From Octopus vulgaris (lineage: Eukaryota): DNA of 64,000 nt. Positions 51,052-61,210 of the stretch are shown one piece after another. The notes beneath the pieces are model-generated. The model saw only the letters and a program-made list of their open reading frames with translations. It was not told where the DNA came from and did no database searches. The stretch is from contig OX597817.1 in the NCBI GenBank assembly GCA_951406725.2, forward strand, positions 141,112,001 through 141,176,000. Direction: 5' to 3'. A program made the translations under genes and the position numbers. Within the stretch, counting starts at the first letter, position 1, and every line of letters starts with the position of its first letter.

Positions 51052-51086
51052 GTTTAATATTTCGAGTGGAGCTCTTCGTCAGAAAC
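51052..51086 (-). ncRNA. Minimal hammerhead motif, Penelope-like type
   Basis: Minus strand reads GUUU-CUGACGA-A-GAG(CUCCA)CUC-GAAA-UA-UU-AAAC, with stem I GUUU/AAAC. It lies in a ~200-bp element flanked by (TA)n. Confidence 0.6.
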
Positions 51087-51149
51087 ATAGGAAAAGGAAA
51101 GATCCGAGGAAGGGAAGGCAGAGGAAAAAAAATCGCCAACGATGCACAT

Positions 51150-51214
<65 letters not shown>

Positions 51215-51259
51215 CAGACATATTGACGCAAATATATATATATTTTTTAACCTTTAACA

Positions 51260-52100
51260 GACAGAAATTCAGAGAACATCCCAGCTCAAAGACTCAGTTA
51301 ACTGACAGAAATTCAATGATATCGTAATGGAAGCCTCTGATGACAGAGAGGAGGAAGTAGGGACATACAACTTGGAGCACAATTGGAAGTTCCTGTGAGA
51401 CAATCTAGTGAGGGCCGCTGACCATATCCCAGCTAGGCTGCCAGTGACATGGTGGAGGAACAAGGAAGTGGACAGCTTTATTAAGGCTAAGACACGGGCC
51501 TGGAAAGACTGGAAAAATCGAGGAAGCAAAGAATTGTATCAGGTAATCAGAAGGGAAGTTAGGCGACAGGTTTGCATAGCAAAAGGAATGGCGAAAGGTA
51601 AGAAATTTGCCAGTGTTCTTCAGTGGGAGGATCAGAGGTATGAGGTATTCAAGATTGCAAAGCAGTGTATCAGAGAAAATAGAGATGTGGTAGGTGAGAA
51701 ATGGGTGTGAATGGATAATGGTATGCTTGTGATAAGGCGGCAAGCTGGCAGAAACATTAGCACGCCGAACAAAATGCTTAGCGGTATTTCGCCTGCTGCT
51801 ACGTTCTGAGTTCAAATTCCGCCGAGGTCGACTTTGCCTTTCATCTTTTCGGGGTTGATTAAATAAGTACCAGTTACACACTGGGGTCGATATATAATCG
51901 ACTTAATCCATTTGTCTGTCCTTGTTTATCCTCTCTGTGTTTAGCCCCTTGTGGGTAGTAAAGAAATAGGTATGCTTGTACTTAGTGACTCAGAGAAGAA
52001 AGATGTATGAAAGTGCCACTATGAATGGATACTAATTGTGGAAAATAAATGGGAGAAGAGGAGTCTTTCAAATATTGAACCAATTAAGGGACCAACATAT
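51260..52100 (+). mobile_element. RTE ORF internal fragment interrupted by a SINE (51736-51970)
   Basis: TWWRNKEVDSFIKAKTRAWKDW...VFKIAKQ is typical of the RTE endonuclease-RT linker. Confidence 0.7.
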
Positions 52101-52309
52101 TGTCAGCCACCAGGGGGACATACTCAACTGGTTAAGGCCAAACAACTAACAAGCAAATCTGTGGTTCTGAGCAGAATATTTGCTGTACCTGATCTTTTAA
52201 ACCAATACTTAAAACATGTACATGATAACATTTCCAATTAGTTAAGATTAGAAGCCATGAGAGCCAATGACCGGTACTGCATCAGGGCATTTATTATTAT
52301 TATTATTAT

Positions 52310-53458
52310 TTCATTCTTATTATTGTTTTACTTCTCAGAGTGCTTGATCTTGTTTGCTCTGGTAGAATCTGTGAGAGTGTACAGCAGCCTGCTGTCAGAG
52401 GTCTCGCAGGGTCTCTTTTTCACACATTATTAGCTTTGGTACTTTCACCTTCCAAGGACCAATCTCAAAATCCAGCACAGAATTTTGGGCTTGCTCTGCT
52501 CTCATGTCAATTCTCAACCTTGCCTGTCAATACTCTGAGTGTCCCTACAGCTACTGGAATGACAGACACTCTCCTCATAGTCCACATGCTTGCCATTTCA
52601 TCTTTTAGTAGTTTGTACTTTTCAATCTTTTCTAGTCCTTTGTCATTTATGTGTGTATCCCCAGGTATTGCAATATATATAACCTTGGTTTCCTTTCTTC
52701 TTTATCTACCACAACAATGTCTGGTCTCCAAGCCTTGATTAGGGAGTCACATTGGATTGCAAAAATCCACAGTAACTTATGTTCCTTGTTCTCGGTGACT
52801 CCTTCTGGTTTGTGTTTGTACCATTTCCATGCTCTGTTCAGGCCGTACTTTTCACATAGCCTCCTGTGAATGAACTTAGCCATGTTATCGTGCCCCCTTT
52901 TGTAGTGTTTTTAGGCCAGCTTCCTACACTCACTCACAATATGTGAGATTGTTTCATTTCTGCTTCCACACATCCTACAAAGGGGCAATTTGCTACTCTT
53001 ATCTATTTGGAACTTGGTGTAAATAGTTCTCAGAGCTTGTTCCTGGGTGCTGCATATCAATGACTCAGTGCACTCCTTCAGGTCACCCCTTCAGGTCACC
53101 CCTTCAGGTCACCCCTTCAGGTCACCCCTTCAGGTCACCCCTTCAGGTCACCCCTTCAGGTCACTCCTTCAGGTCACCCCTTCAGGTCACTTTTTGTTAG
53201 CCATCTCCAAGTGTTGATCATGTCTTTTCCTTCAGTTCCTCTGAGGTGTTGCCCATGCTGTAGTTTCATTTTCCAATTATTTACTCTTTCATCTTCATGT
53301 TGTTTCCTAATTTTTTCAGTAGGTATTGTATTATTAATTCTGTCAGAGGTAAGCAAGGATTCACTCCGCTATTTGATGTACCATCCCAGGTTGTTCTTCT
53401 CGTTGACAACACAGATCTTGCATCCTATGAGGCCTCTTCCTCCCTTGTTCCTAGGCAT
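52310..53458 (-). mobile_element. R4/Dong-like non-LTR retrotransposon 3' fragment
   Basis: GGRGL, a CCHC knuckle CRMCGSRNETISHIVSEC, GHDNMAKFIH and the restriction-like endonuclease motif RPDIVVVDK. (TAA)n on both sides. Confidence 0.85.
53073..53189 (+). repeat. 13-bp minisatellite (CCCCTTCAGGTCA) x9
   Basis: Nine units; units 1 and 8 begin CTCC. Confidence 0.97.
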
Positions 53459-53504
53459 ATTATTATTATTATTATCATTACTATTATTATTATTATTATT
53501 ATTG

Positions 53505-54482
53505 ATTGAGAGAGCAGTGCATGCCATCAAAGTGACACTGGGGTAAAATATACGAAGCCCAGTATACCCATCATGACTACCCATCTGATAAGGGTACACC
53601 AGGCACATGCATCACAACCATATGTGCGTGACATAGTGATCTCATATCAAGATAAACAGCGCATGACCTTGCAGGTGGGGGCCCAGTTAGAATTTTCTTC
53701 TGGTCGAGTAACCCATCCCACTCAAAAGGTCCCCGAATAAGGGTTGTTTAAGGATGTTGAACGAAACACCCATGTTTCCTGAAGTGAATTATTCAAACCC
53801 TAAAGAATCCCTCTCAACACATGGCTATGATGCTCCCCCATTACTTCTGCTCGTGATCAGAGATGCACATATCGTCAGCCACTAAGGGACATGCTCAACT
53901 GGTTAAGGTCAAACAACTGACAAGCAAATCTGTGGTATTGAGCAGAATATTTGCTGTAGACCGTCTTTTATACCAAGACATTATTATTATTATTATTATT
54001 ATTATTGAGTGTAGAGCAGTGCATGCCATCAAAGTGACACTGGGGTAAAATATACGAAGCCCAGTATACCAATCATGACTACCCGTCTGATAAGGGTACA
54101 CCAGGCACATGCATCACAACTATATGTGCGCGACATGGTGGTCTCATATCAAGATAAACAGCGCATGACCTTGCAGGTGGGGGCCCAGTTAGAATTTTCT
54201 TCAGGTCGAGTAACCCATCCCACTCGAAAGGTCCCTGAATAAGGGTTGTTTAAGGATGTTGAACGAAACACCAATGTTTCCAGAGGTGAATTATTCAAAC
54301 CTCAAAGAATCCCTCTCAACACACGGCTATGATGCTCCCCCACTACTTCTGCTCGTGATCAGAGATGCACATATCGTCAGCCACTAAGGGACATGCTCAA
54401 CTGGTTAAGGTCAAACAACTGACAAGCAAATCTGTGGTATCGAGCAGAATATTTGCTGTAGACCGTCTTTTATACCAAGACA
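53505..54482 (-). mobile_element. Two tandem ~475-bp non-coding retroposon copies separated by (TAA)n; a related piece at 52098-52290
   Basis: 53505-53980 and 54005-54482 are near-identical and end at the same point (ttttataccaagaca). Confidence 0.85.
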
Positions 54483-54520
<38 letters not shown>

Positions 54521-55559
54521 ATTCCACCAATGGTCAACTTTGCCTTTTGTCCTTTCGGGGTTGATAAAATAAGTATCAGTTGATACTGGGCCGATGTGCT
54601 ATCCCCGTCCCCCAAATTTCAGGTCTTGTGCCTATAGTAGAAGGGGTTGTTGTAGTTTTTGTTGCTACTGTCAGCAGCAGCAGAATCGTAATCTAGAATG
54701 CTTAAAAAATACACATTCGAAGAGATAATTGTTTTAGACACTCTTGATAATTTCCAATTCTATTCTATAGGAATGTCCCTTTCACAAGACACAACGATTT
54801 GGTAGAATCGTTAGAGCACCGGACAAAAATATTTAGCGGCATTTATTTTGGGTCATTACGTTCTGCATTGTAAATACTCCTTTCATTCTTCGTGGCTTCT
54901 AGAAAATAAGTATCGTTTGAACTCTGGGGTCGATGTAATCGATTGGCCTCTCTCCCAAATTGCTGGCCTTGTGTTCAAATTTGAAACCATTAGTACGATT
55001 ATTTTATTTTTGCCGAGTTCTAATCAACGATGTGTATACATACACATTCGAAAAAATATCAGTTTTTGACGCCCTATATAATTACCGATTTCATTCTACA
55101 GAAATGCCACTTTCGCTAATAATCTTAAACGTGAGAGCGTTGAAAAATTAGAATACTAGTTTTACATAGAAGATTTAATCAATTATATATCCCCAACACA
55201 ATTTGGGTGCCCCTGGACTTATTCTAGAAATCATTAATCACAACAGTCACATTAAAAACGTAAAAAAAAAAAAATCTATAAATTTCAGTATTTGATTTCA
55301 ATTAAAAGATATTCCTGCCGTTTCTAATAGGGACATGCTCATTATTTATTTAGTTAAGCCTATATTGTACACCCTGTGAGTGTGAACAAACTTTATTTTG
55401 TGTGTCACTCGTAAATCTATTATCTGCCCGCCTTCTCTTATTCGAGACAGTTTCGTAGCTGTTTAACAATTAAAACCATCGTTCAACCGTCCTTAATCGA
55501 GCACTTGTTCGAGTTTACATCCGGCTATCACCAGTTTGTTTAATTTAGAGACATCCACT

Positions 55560-55613
55560 ATGGCACAAATTAAAGATCAAGATTCTATCATGGGGAAATT
55601 TATAGAAGAAAAG
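55560..55613 (+). CDS. NUDT5: ADP-sugar pyrophosphatase NUDT5, coding exon 1
   Basis: MAQIKDQDSIMGKFIEEK followed by a phase-0 AAG|GTAGAA donor, in frame with the next exon. Confidence 0.7.
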
Positions 55614-56337
55614 GTAGAAATATTTTCTCAAAGCCGTCCTTTTATTTTCTCCAACGCCACAATAACATTTTTACATAACAATTCCTATGCAACCATCTGC
55701 GACCAACTTTCACTAATTCGTTTCTATTCCTGTATTTCTCAATTCATAAACTCGTTGTTTCTTTTATAATATATGGGTTTTTTTTCTTCTCAATATTTCC
55801 GGGAATTATTATTTAAAAATATTCTTAACTTCCATTTGTTTTCATTTAATTTTGTTTTAGCTATAAAATTTTCTAAAAAAACTGTTTCTTTTTGTTGTGT
55901 CCGGAAACTTAATTCCTAATTAAGCGCGATGTTTATTGTTTTTTCCTTGTCCACAGTATTCTTTGATTATTAAATTTTTTTTAAACTATTGATTTTTAAT
56001 TGGTATCAAGTATTTTATTAGTTTTAACAAACCAATTTAAAGTATTTTCATCAATTATTTGAATTTAACTGTGACACACTTTCTATTTTAAATCATTTTC
56101 ACATTCAATTAGGTTTGGAAGAGGCATAAACTTCACTAAATTACATATAAATTTCTTTCTACTATCATTCTTCGTCATTTCGTCCAAGTCGCTAATTAAT
56201 TTCAGGTCTAGAGACGAAAGATTGCCAATTTCAGTTAATTGGGAATATAAACAACCCGGTTTCGATTTTCACGTGAACTCCTTTTCACTTTTCTCAGTAA
56301 ACATTGTTGTGTGTGTGTGTCTGCACGCAAGTCATAC

Positions 56338-56407
<70 letters not shown>

Positions 56408-56634
56408 CGAATAAAGTTAGATAAGGCCGGTTTTTGGGATTATAAGCCAACAGGTTTTGGGATCTGATGGTATGCTTCTATTTCTGATTTGTTTTACCGA
56501 CGATATATATATACATATATAAAATTAAAGTCAAAATGAGGGTGAAAAATTGGATATTAATTTGATAACATCAATTTTAACACCAGTGGTCTAGCATATA
56601 AACTGAGATTCAGTAAATAGTATTTCATACATAA

Positions 56635-56818
56635 ATATAAGAGGAATATTTTTAACCACTATGTGGAAACCCTTATGCTAGAAGATCCGCTTTGGTCTCA
56701 ACCACTAAGAATTGTTCTCCAAATTTTCTGGAGAACAATTCTTAGTGGTTGAGACCATAGCGGATCTTCTTCTAGCATAAGGGTTTCCACATAGTGGTTA
56801 AAAATATTCCACTTATAT
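56635..56818. repeat. Near-perfect long inverted repeat (palindrome)
   Basis: Arms of ~87 and 90 bp, 7-nt loop at 56722-56728, two mismatches and one 3-nt bulge. Confidence 0.95.
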
Positions 56819-57049
56819 ATATATATATATATTGAGAAAAAAAAGTCGTAGAATTTTGAGAAAAAAAGTCTTTTTATTTCTTCATTATTATTAACGCTTT
56901 CGTTCCTTTCTCGGACTTGTCAAATATAATTTTGTGAATGTATAAACAGGTTGTTCATTTATATAAATCAGATGTTTTGGGCTTTCTTTTCTTGTTTAGA
57001 AGAGAACATTGTTTTTGTTTTTTGGAGTGAGGTTCCATGACAATAGCGA

Positions 57050-57063
57050 TATACAGACAGATG

Positions 57064-57097
<34 letters not shown>

Positions 57098-57283
57098 CGG
57101 ATAGATAGATAGACAGACAGATAGATAGATAGAAAGATAGATAGATAGGTAGGTAGATAGACGGATAGATAGGTAGAAAGATAAATAGATAGATAGACAG
57201 ATAGATGGACGGATAGATAGATAGATAGGTAGATAGATAGACGGATAGATAGATAGATGGATAGATAGATAGACGGATAGATA
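57050..57283 (+). repeat. Compound (GATA)n / GACA / GACG / GGTA microsatellite
   Basis: Directly visible. Confidence 0.97.
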
Positions 57284-57448
57284 GGTAATGGGGAGAGAGA
57301 GAGAAGGGGTATCCCCCTTCCTATTCACTTTTTATTTATCTATCTAGTCCTTGAAAAAACATATATACAATATAATAATATAAACAGTATAATATTTGCA
57401 AATTAACAATTTAAAGAATAAATAGATAAATAAAATAAAATGAATATA

Positions 57449-58503
57449 TATCATCATCATCTTCATCGTTTAGCGTCCGCTTTCCATGCTAGCATGGGCT
57501 GGACGGTTCAACTGGGGTCTGGCAAGCCAGAAGGCTGCACAAGGCCCAGTCTGATCTGGCAATGTTTCTACGGCTGGATGCCCTTTCTAACGCCAACCAC
57601 TCCGTGAGTGTAGTGGGTGCTTTTTACGTGCCGCCGGCACAGGTACCAGACAAGGCTAGCAAACAGCCACGATCGGATGGTGCTTTTTACGTGCCACTGG
57701 CACGGAGGCTGGCAACGGTCACGATCAGATGGTTCTCTTATGTGCCACCGGCACTGGTATCATAGCTACAATTTCCATTGATGTTGATCGATTTTGATTT
57801 TGATTTTCACTTGCCTCAACAGGTCTTCACAAGTAGTTTTGTGTCCCAAGAAGGAAAGGTATGCATAAGTGGACTGGCTACATCCCAGGCAGAGGCCACG
57901 GGTTATGGTCTCACTTGTCCTGCTGGATCTTCTCACGCACAGCATACTTCCAAAGGTCTCGGTCTCTAGTCATTTCCTCGGTGAGACCTAAAGTTCGAAG
58001 GTCGTGCTTCACCACCTCGTCCCAGGTTTTCCTGGGTCTACCTCTTCCACAGGTTCCCTCAACCGCTAGGGTGTGGCACTTTTTCACACAACTATCTTCA
58101 TCCATTCTTGCCACATGACCATACCAGTGCAAACGTCTCTCTTGCACACAACAACTGATGCTTCTTAGGTCCAACTTCTCTCTCAAGGTACTTACACTCT
58201 GTCGAGTATGAACACTGACATTACACATCCATCGGAGCATACTGGCTTCATTTCTTGCGAGCTTACGCATATCCTCAGCAGTCACGGCCCATGTTTCACT
58301 GCCATGTAGCATGGCTGTTCATACACATGTCTGCCTTTTACTCTGAGCGAGAGGCCTTTTGTCACTAGCAGAGGTAAGAGCTCTCTGAACTTTGCCCAGG
58401 CTATTCTTACTCTAGCAGCTACACTTTCAACACACCCGCCTCTACTACTGACTTGGTCGCCTAGGTAATGGAAGCTATCAACTATTTCTAGTTTTTCTCC
58501 CTG
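57449..58503 (-). mobile_element. RTE LINE 3' end, ORF C-terminus plus full 3' UTR, in NUDT5 intron 1
   Basis: ORF 58312-57911 (HGSETW...RRLHWYGHVARM...GRGRPRKTWDEVV) is contiguous with the UTR, hairpin modules and (GAT)n tail. Confidence 0.92.
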
Positions 58504-58664
58504 GTCAATTTTAGATTAATTTTATGGTCCTGAATCTCAATGTCCTCCAGGTCACTCACTCCACCCTCATATTTTAATTATCCATATGGGCGTGTTTAAT
58601 CTATATTTACATTTATTCAATGGAATAACCTCAAAAAAATGTGTTTTTCTTTTCTATCTTGTAG

Positions 58665-58732
58665 GAAGTCGCTCGAGGAGATTGGTTGGCATTACGTAAA
58701 ATTACCTATTCTGACCCCAAGGGAAAAACAAG
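58665..58732 (+). CDS. NUDT5: NUDT5 coding exon 2
   Basis: tcttgtag acceptor and GTTTGC donor. Encodes EVARGDWLALRKITYSDPKGKT(R), matching the recalled vertebrate NUDT5 segment [24 protein letters not shown]. Confidence 0.9.
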
Positions 58733-58817
58733 GTTTGCATCTTTTAGATATCTTTTATCGACTCGTTGAGATGGCAATACTTACTAATGAATTTCACAAA
58801 CAAGAAAATATGTTATA

Positions 58818-59162
58818 TCTCTCTATATATAAACGGCAAAATGTCTGTGTGCGTGTCCTTTATACAAATCCATAATTTTTCAGTTAGAGGGCTCGCACTT
58901 TCTATGGTCATTGAAAACCGTCCAAGGGTGGTCATGCACATCTTTACATTTCTCCAGTCACCCCGCAAAGCCATTAAAAAATCAATAGAAGTGACTTTTT
59001 TGTGAATTTTCTATCCCAAACCCAATCAAAATGCCCGAAACTTGATACGCCAATTGAATGCCAGCTAGCTGTATGTGATTGGTCGGAGATTTGGACAGTA
59101 TTCGCATGTAAATGCGCATGCACACAGCTGTATATGCATACATTGCCGGGTCATAGTGCTAG
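58818..59162 (+). mobile_element. Non-autonomous Helitron
   Basis: A|TC 5' end (TCTCTCTATATATAAA) and CTAG|T 3' end. The intact 3' hairpin of this family is seen alone at 1627-1661 (CACTATGACCC...GGGTCATAGTG-CTAG). Confidence 0.7.
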
Positions 59163-60054
59163 TTTCAGTATAACCATCTTTTTATGTCTGCCAAATAAAC
59201 ACACACACACACTATATATTCATTCTCCACTCTTCAATTACTGTTCTTATTTTATCCTATGTCCATTGTCTGGAAATCTTTTGTCACCCACCTGAGACCT
59301 CTTCAGTGACCCTTTCCATCCAAAGATGTACTTTAGTAGAATAAGCAAAGATGCTAAGATGCAATACTATTTATTTTCAGGGACCTTATTGTGATGACAA
59401 TCACAGTTTAATGTTTATTTAAATATCCAACTGTTATGGGGATAGTAACAATAATGGTACATCCTTCCCATGTGACGAATGGTAAGTGCTAGTCACTATA
59501 ATAAAGTGATGTCAGTCAGTGTCAAGAGAGAGAGAGTATGAGATAGACGGTCATAGATTAGATAGTCGTGTCTTTACAGGCCTAACAATTATACTGCCGT
59601 ACTGAAGTGGGCGTTATGACAATCTAAGGATTACAACAGTGGCAGTGAGGATAAAACAGTGGTGACTAGGAATTAACAAACTCACAAAAGGGTTTTGTGC
59701 GAATTTTACGAAAAAGAAAATCGTACAATTATGGAAGGCCCAGTGGTTAGGGCAGCGCCGCCCTGACTAGCATCCGTGTCGGTGACACATAAAAGCACCA
59801 ACCGATTGTGGCTGTTTGCTAGTCTCCTCTTCTGGCCCCCATGCCGGTGGCATGTAAAAAGCACCCACTACACTCACGGAGTGGTTGGCATTAGGAAGGG
59901 CATCCAGCTGTAGAAACACTGCCAGATCAGACTGGAGCCTGGTGCAGCCTCCTGGCTTCCCAGACCCCGGTCGAACCGTCCAACCCATGCTAGCATGGAA
60001 AACGGACGTTAAATGATGATGATGATGATACACACACACGCACACATATACAGA

Positions 60055-61210
60055 CATCATCATCATCGTTTAACATCCACTTTCCGTGCTAGCATGGGTT
60101 GGACGGTTTGATTGAAAGCTGGGAAGCTGGGAAGCTTCACCAGGTTCCAATCTGATTTGGCAAGGTTTCTATGGCTGGATGCCCTTCCTAACGCCAACCA
60201 CTCCGAGAGTGTAGTGGGTGCTTTTTACATTCCACCAGCATGGGTGCCTTTGACCTGACACCAGCATTGGCTATAATTACAGTCAGACATGGCTTGACAG
60301 GCCTACACAAGCATGGTATATCGCCAAAGGTCTTGGTCACCTGTCACGGCCTCCATGGGGCTCAACTCTTGAATGGTGCTTTTTACATGCCACTGGCATT
60401 AGCGACAACTATGATTTCATTTGGTAACAGGTCTTCACAAGAACAGTGTATCACCCAATGATTGAAGGGTACCTTCAACAGGGTACTTTCAACGCGACAC
60501 TGGCATCAGCTATAACTACAATCTCACTCGGCTTGATGTCACTGCCCCCATGAGGACCAACACACGAATGGTGCCAGTCAGACCACTGGTATCGTCCATG
60601 ACTATGATTTCACTCGGTTCAACAGGTTTTCACAAATGCAGCATATTACCCAACAATTGAAGGGTGCTTTTAAGGCCAGTTAAATGACACTGGGATCAGC
60701 CGCGACTCTGATCTCATTTGGGCTTGCCGAGTCTTCTCATGCATGGCATATCTCCAAAGGCCTCAGACATTTGTCATTGCCTCTGTGAGACCCAACATTC
60801 GAAGGTCATGCTTCACCACCTCATCCCATGTTTTCTTGGGTCTACCTCTTCCACAGGTTCCATCCACTGTTAGGGCGTGACACTTCTTTGCACAGTTGTC
60901 TTCATCCATACACTCACATGACCATACCAACACAGTTGTCTCAGTTGCACACCACATCCGATGCTTCGTATGTCCAACTTTTCTCTCAGGACACTTACAC
61001 TGTCGTGCATGCACACTGACATTATACATCTGGTGGAGTATTCTTGCTTCATTTCTTACAAGACCACACGTGCCCTCAGTTGTCAGAGCCCATGTTTCAC
61101 TGCCATGTAGCATGGCTGTTCATGCACAGGCATCATACAGTCTGCTGCCACTCTGAGTGAGAGGCCCTTTGTTACCAACAGAGGTAGGAGTTCTCTGAAC
61201 TTTGCCCATC
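60055..61210 (-). mobile_element. RTE LINE 3' end, different UTR subfamily
   Basis: MLHGSETW and CGRGRPKKTWDEVVKHDL, then an internally repetitive UTR and the common tail. Confidence 0.85.

Noticed and set aside
56996-57328. 110-aa SIYL-repeat protein
   Set aside because: Translation of the (GATA)n microsatellite.
59432-59638. Small solo LTR (TGTT...AACA)
   Set aside because: No matching TSD, so it cannot be supported.
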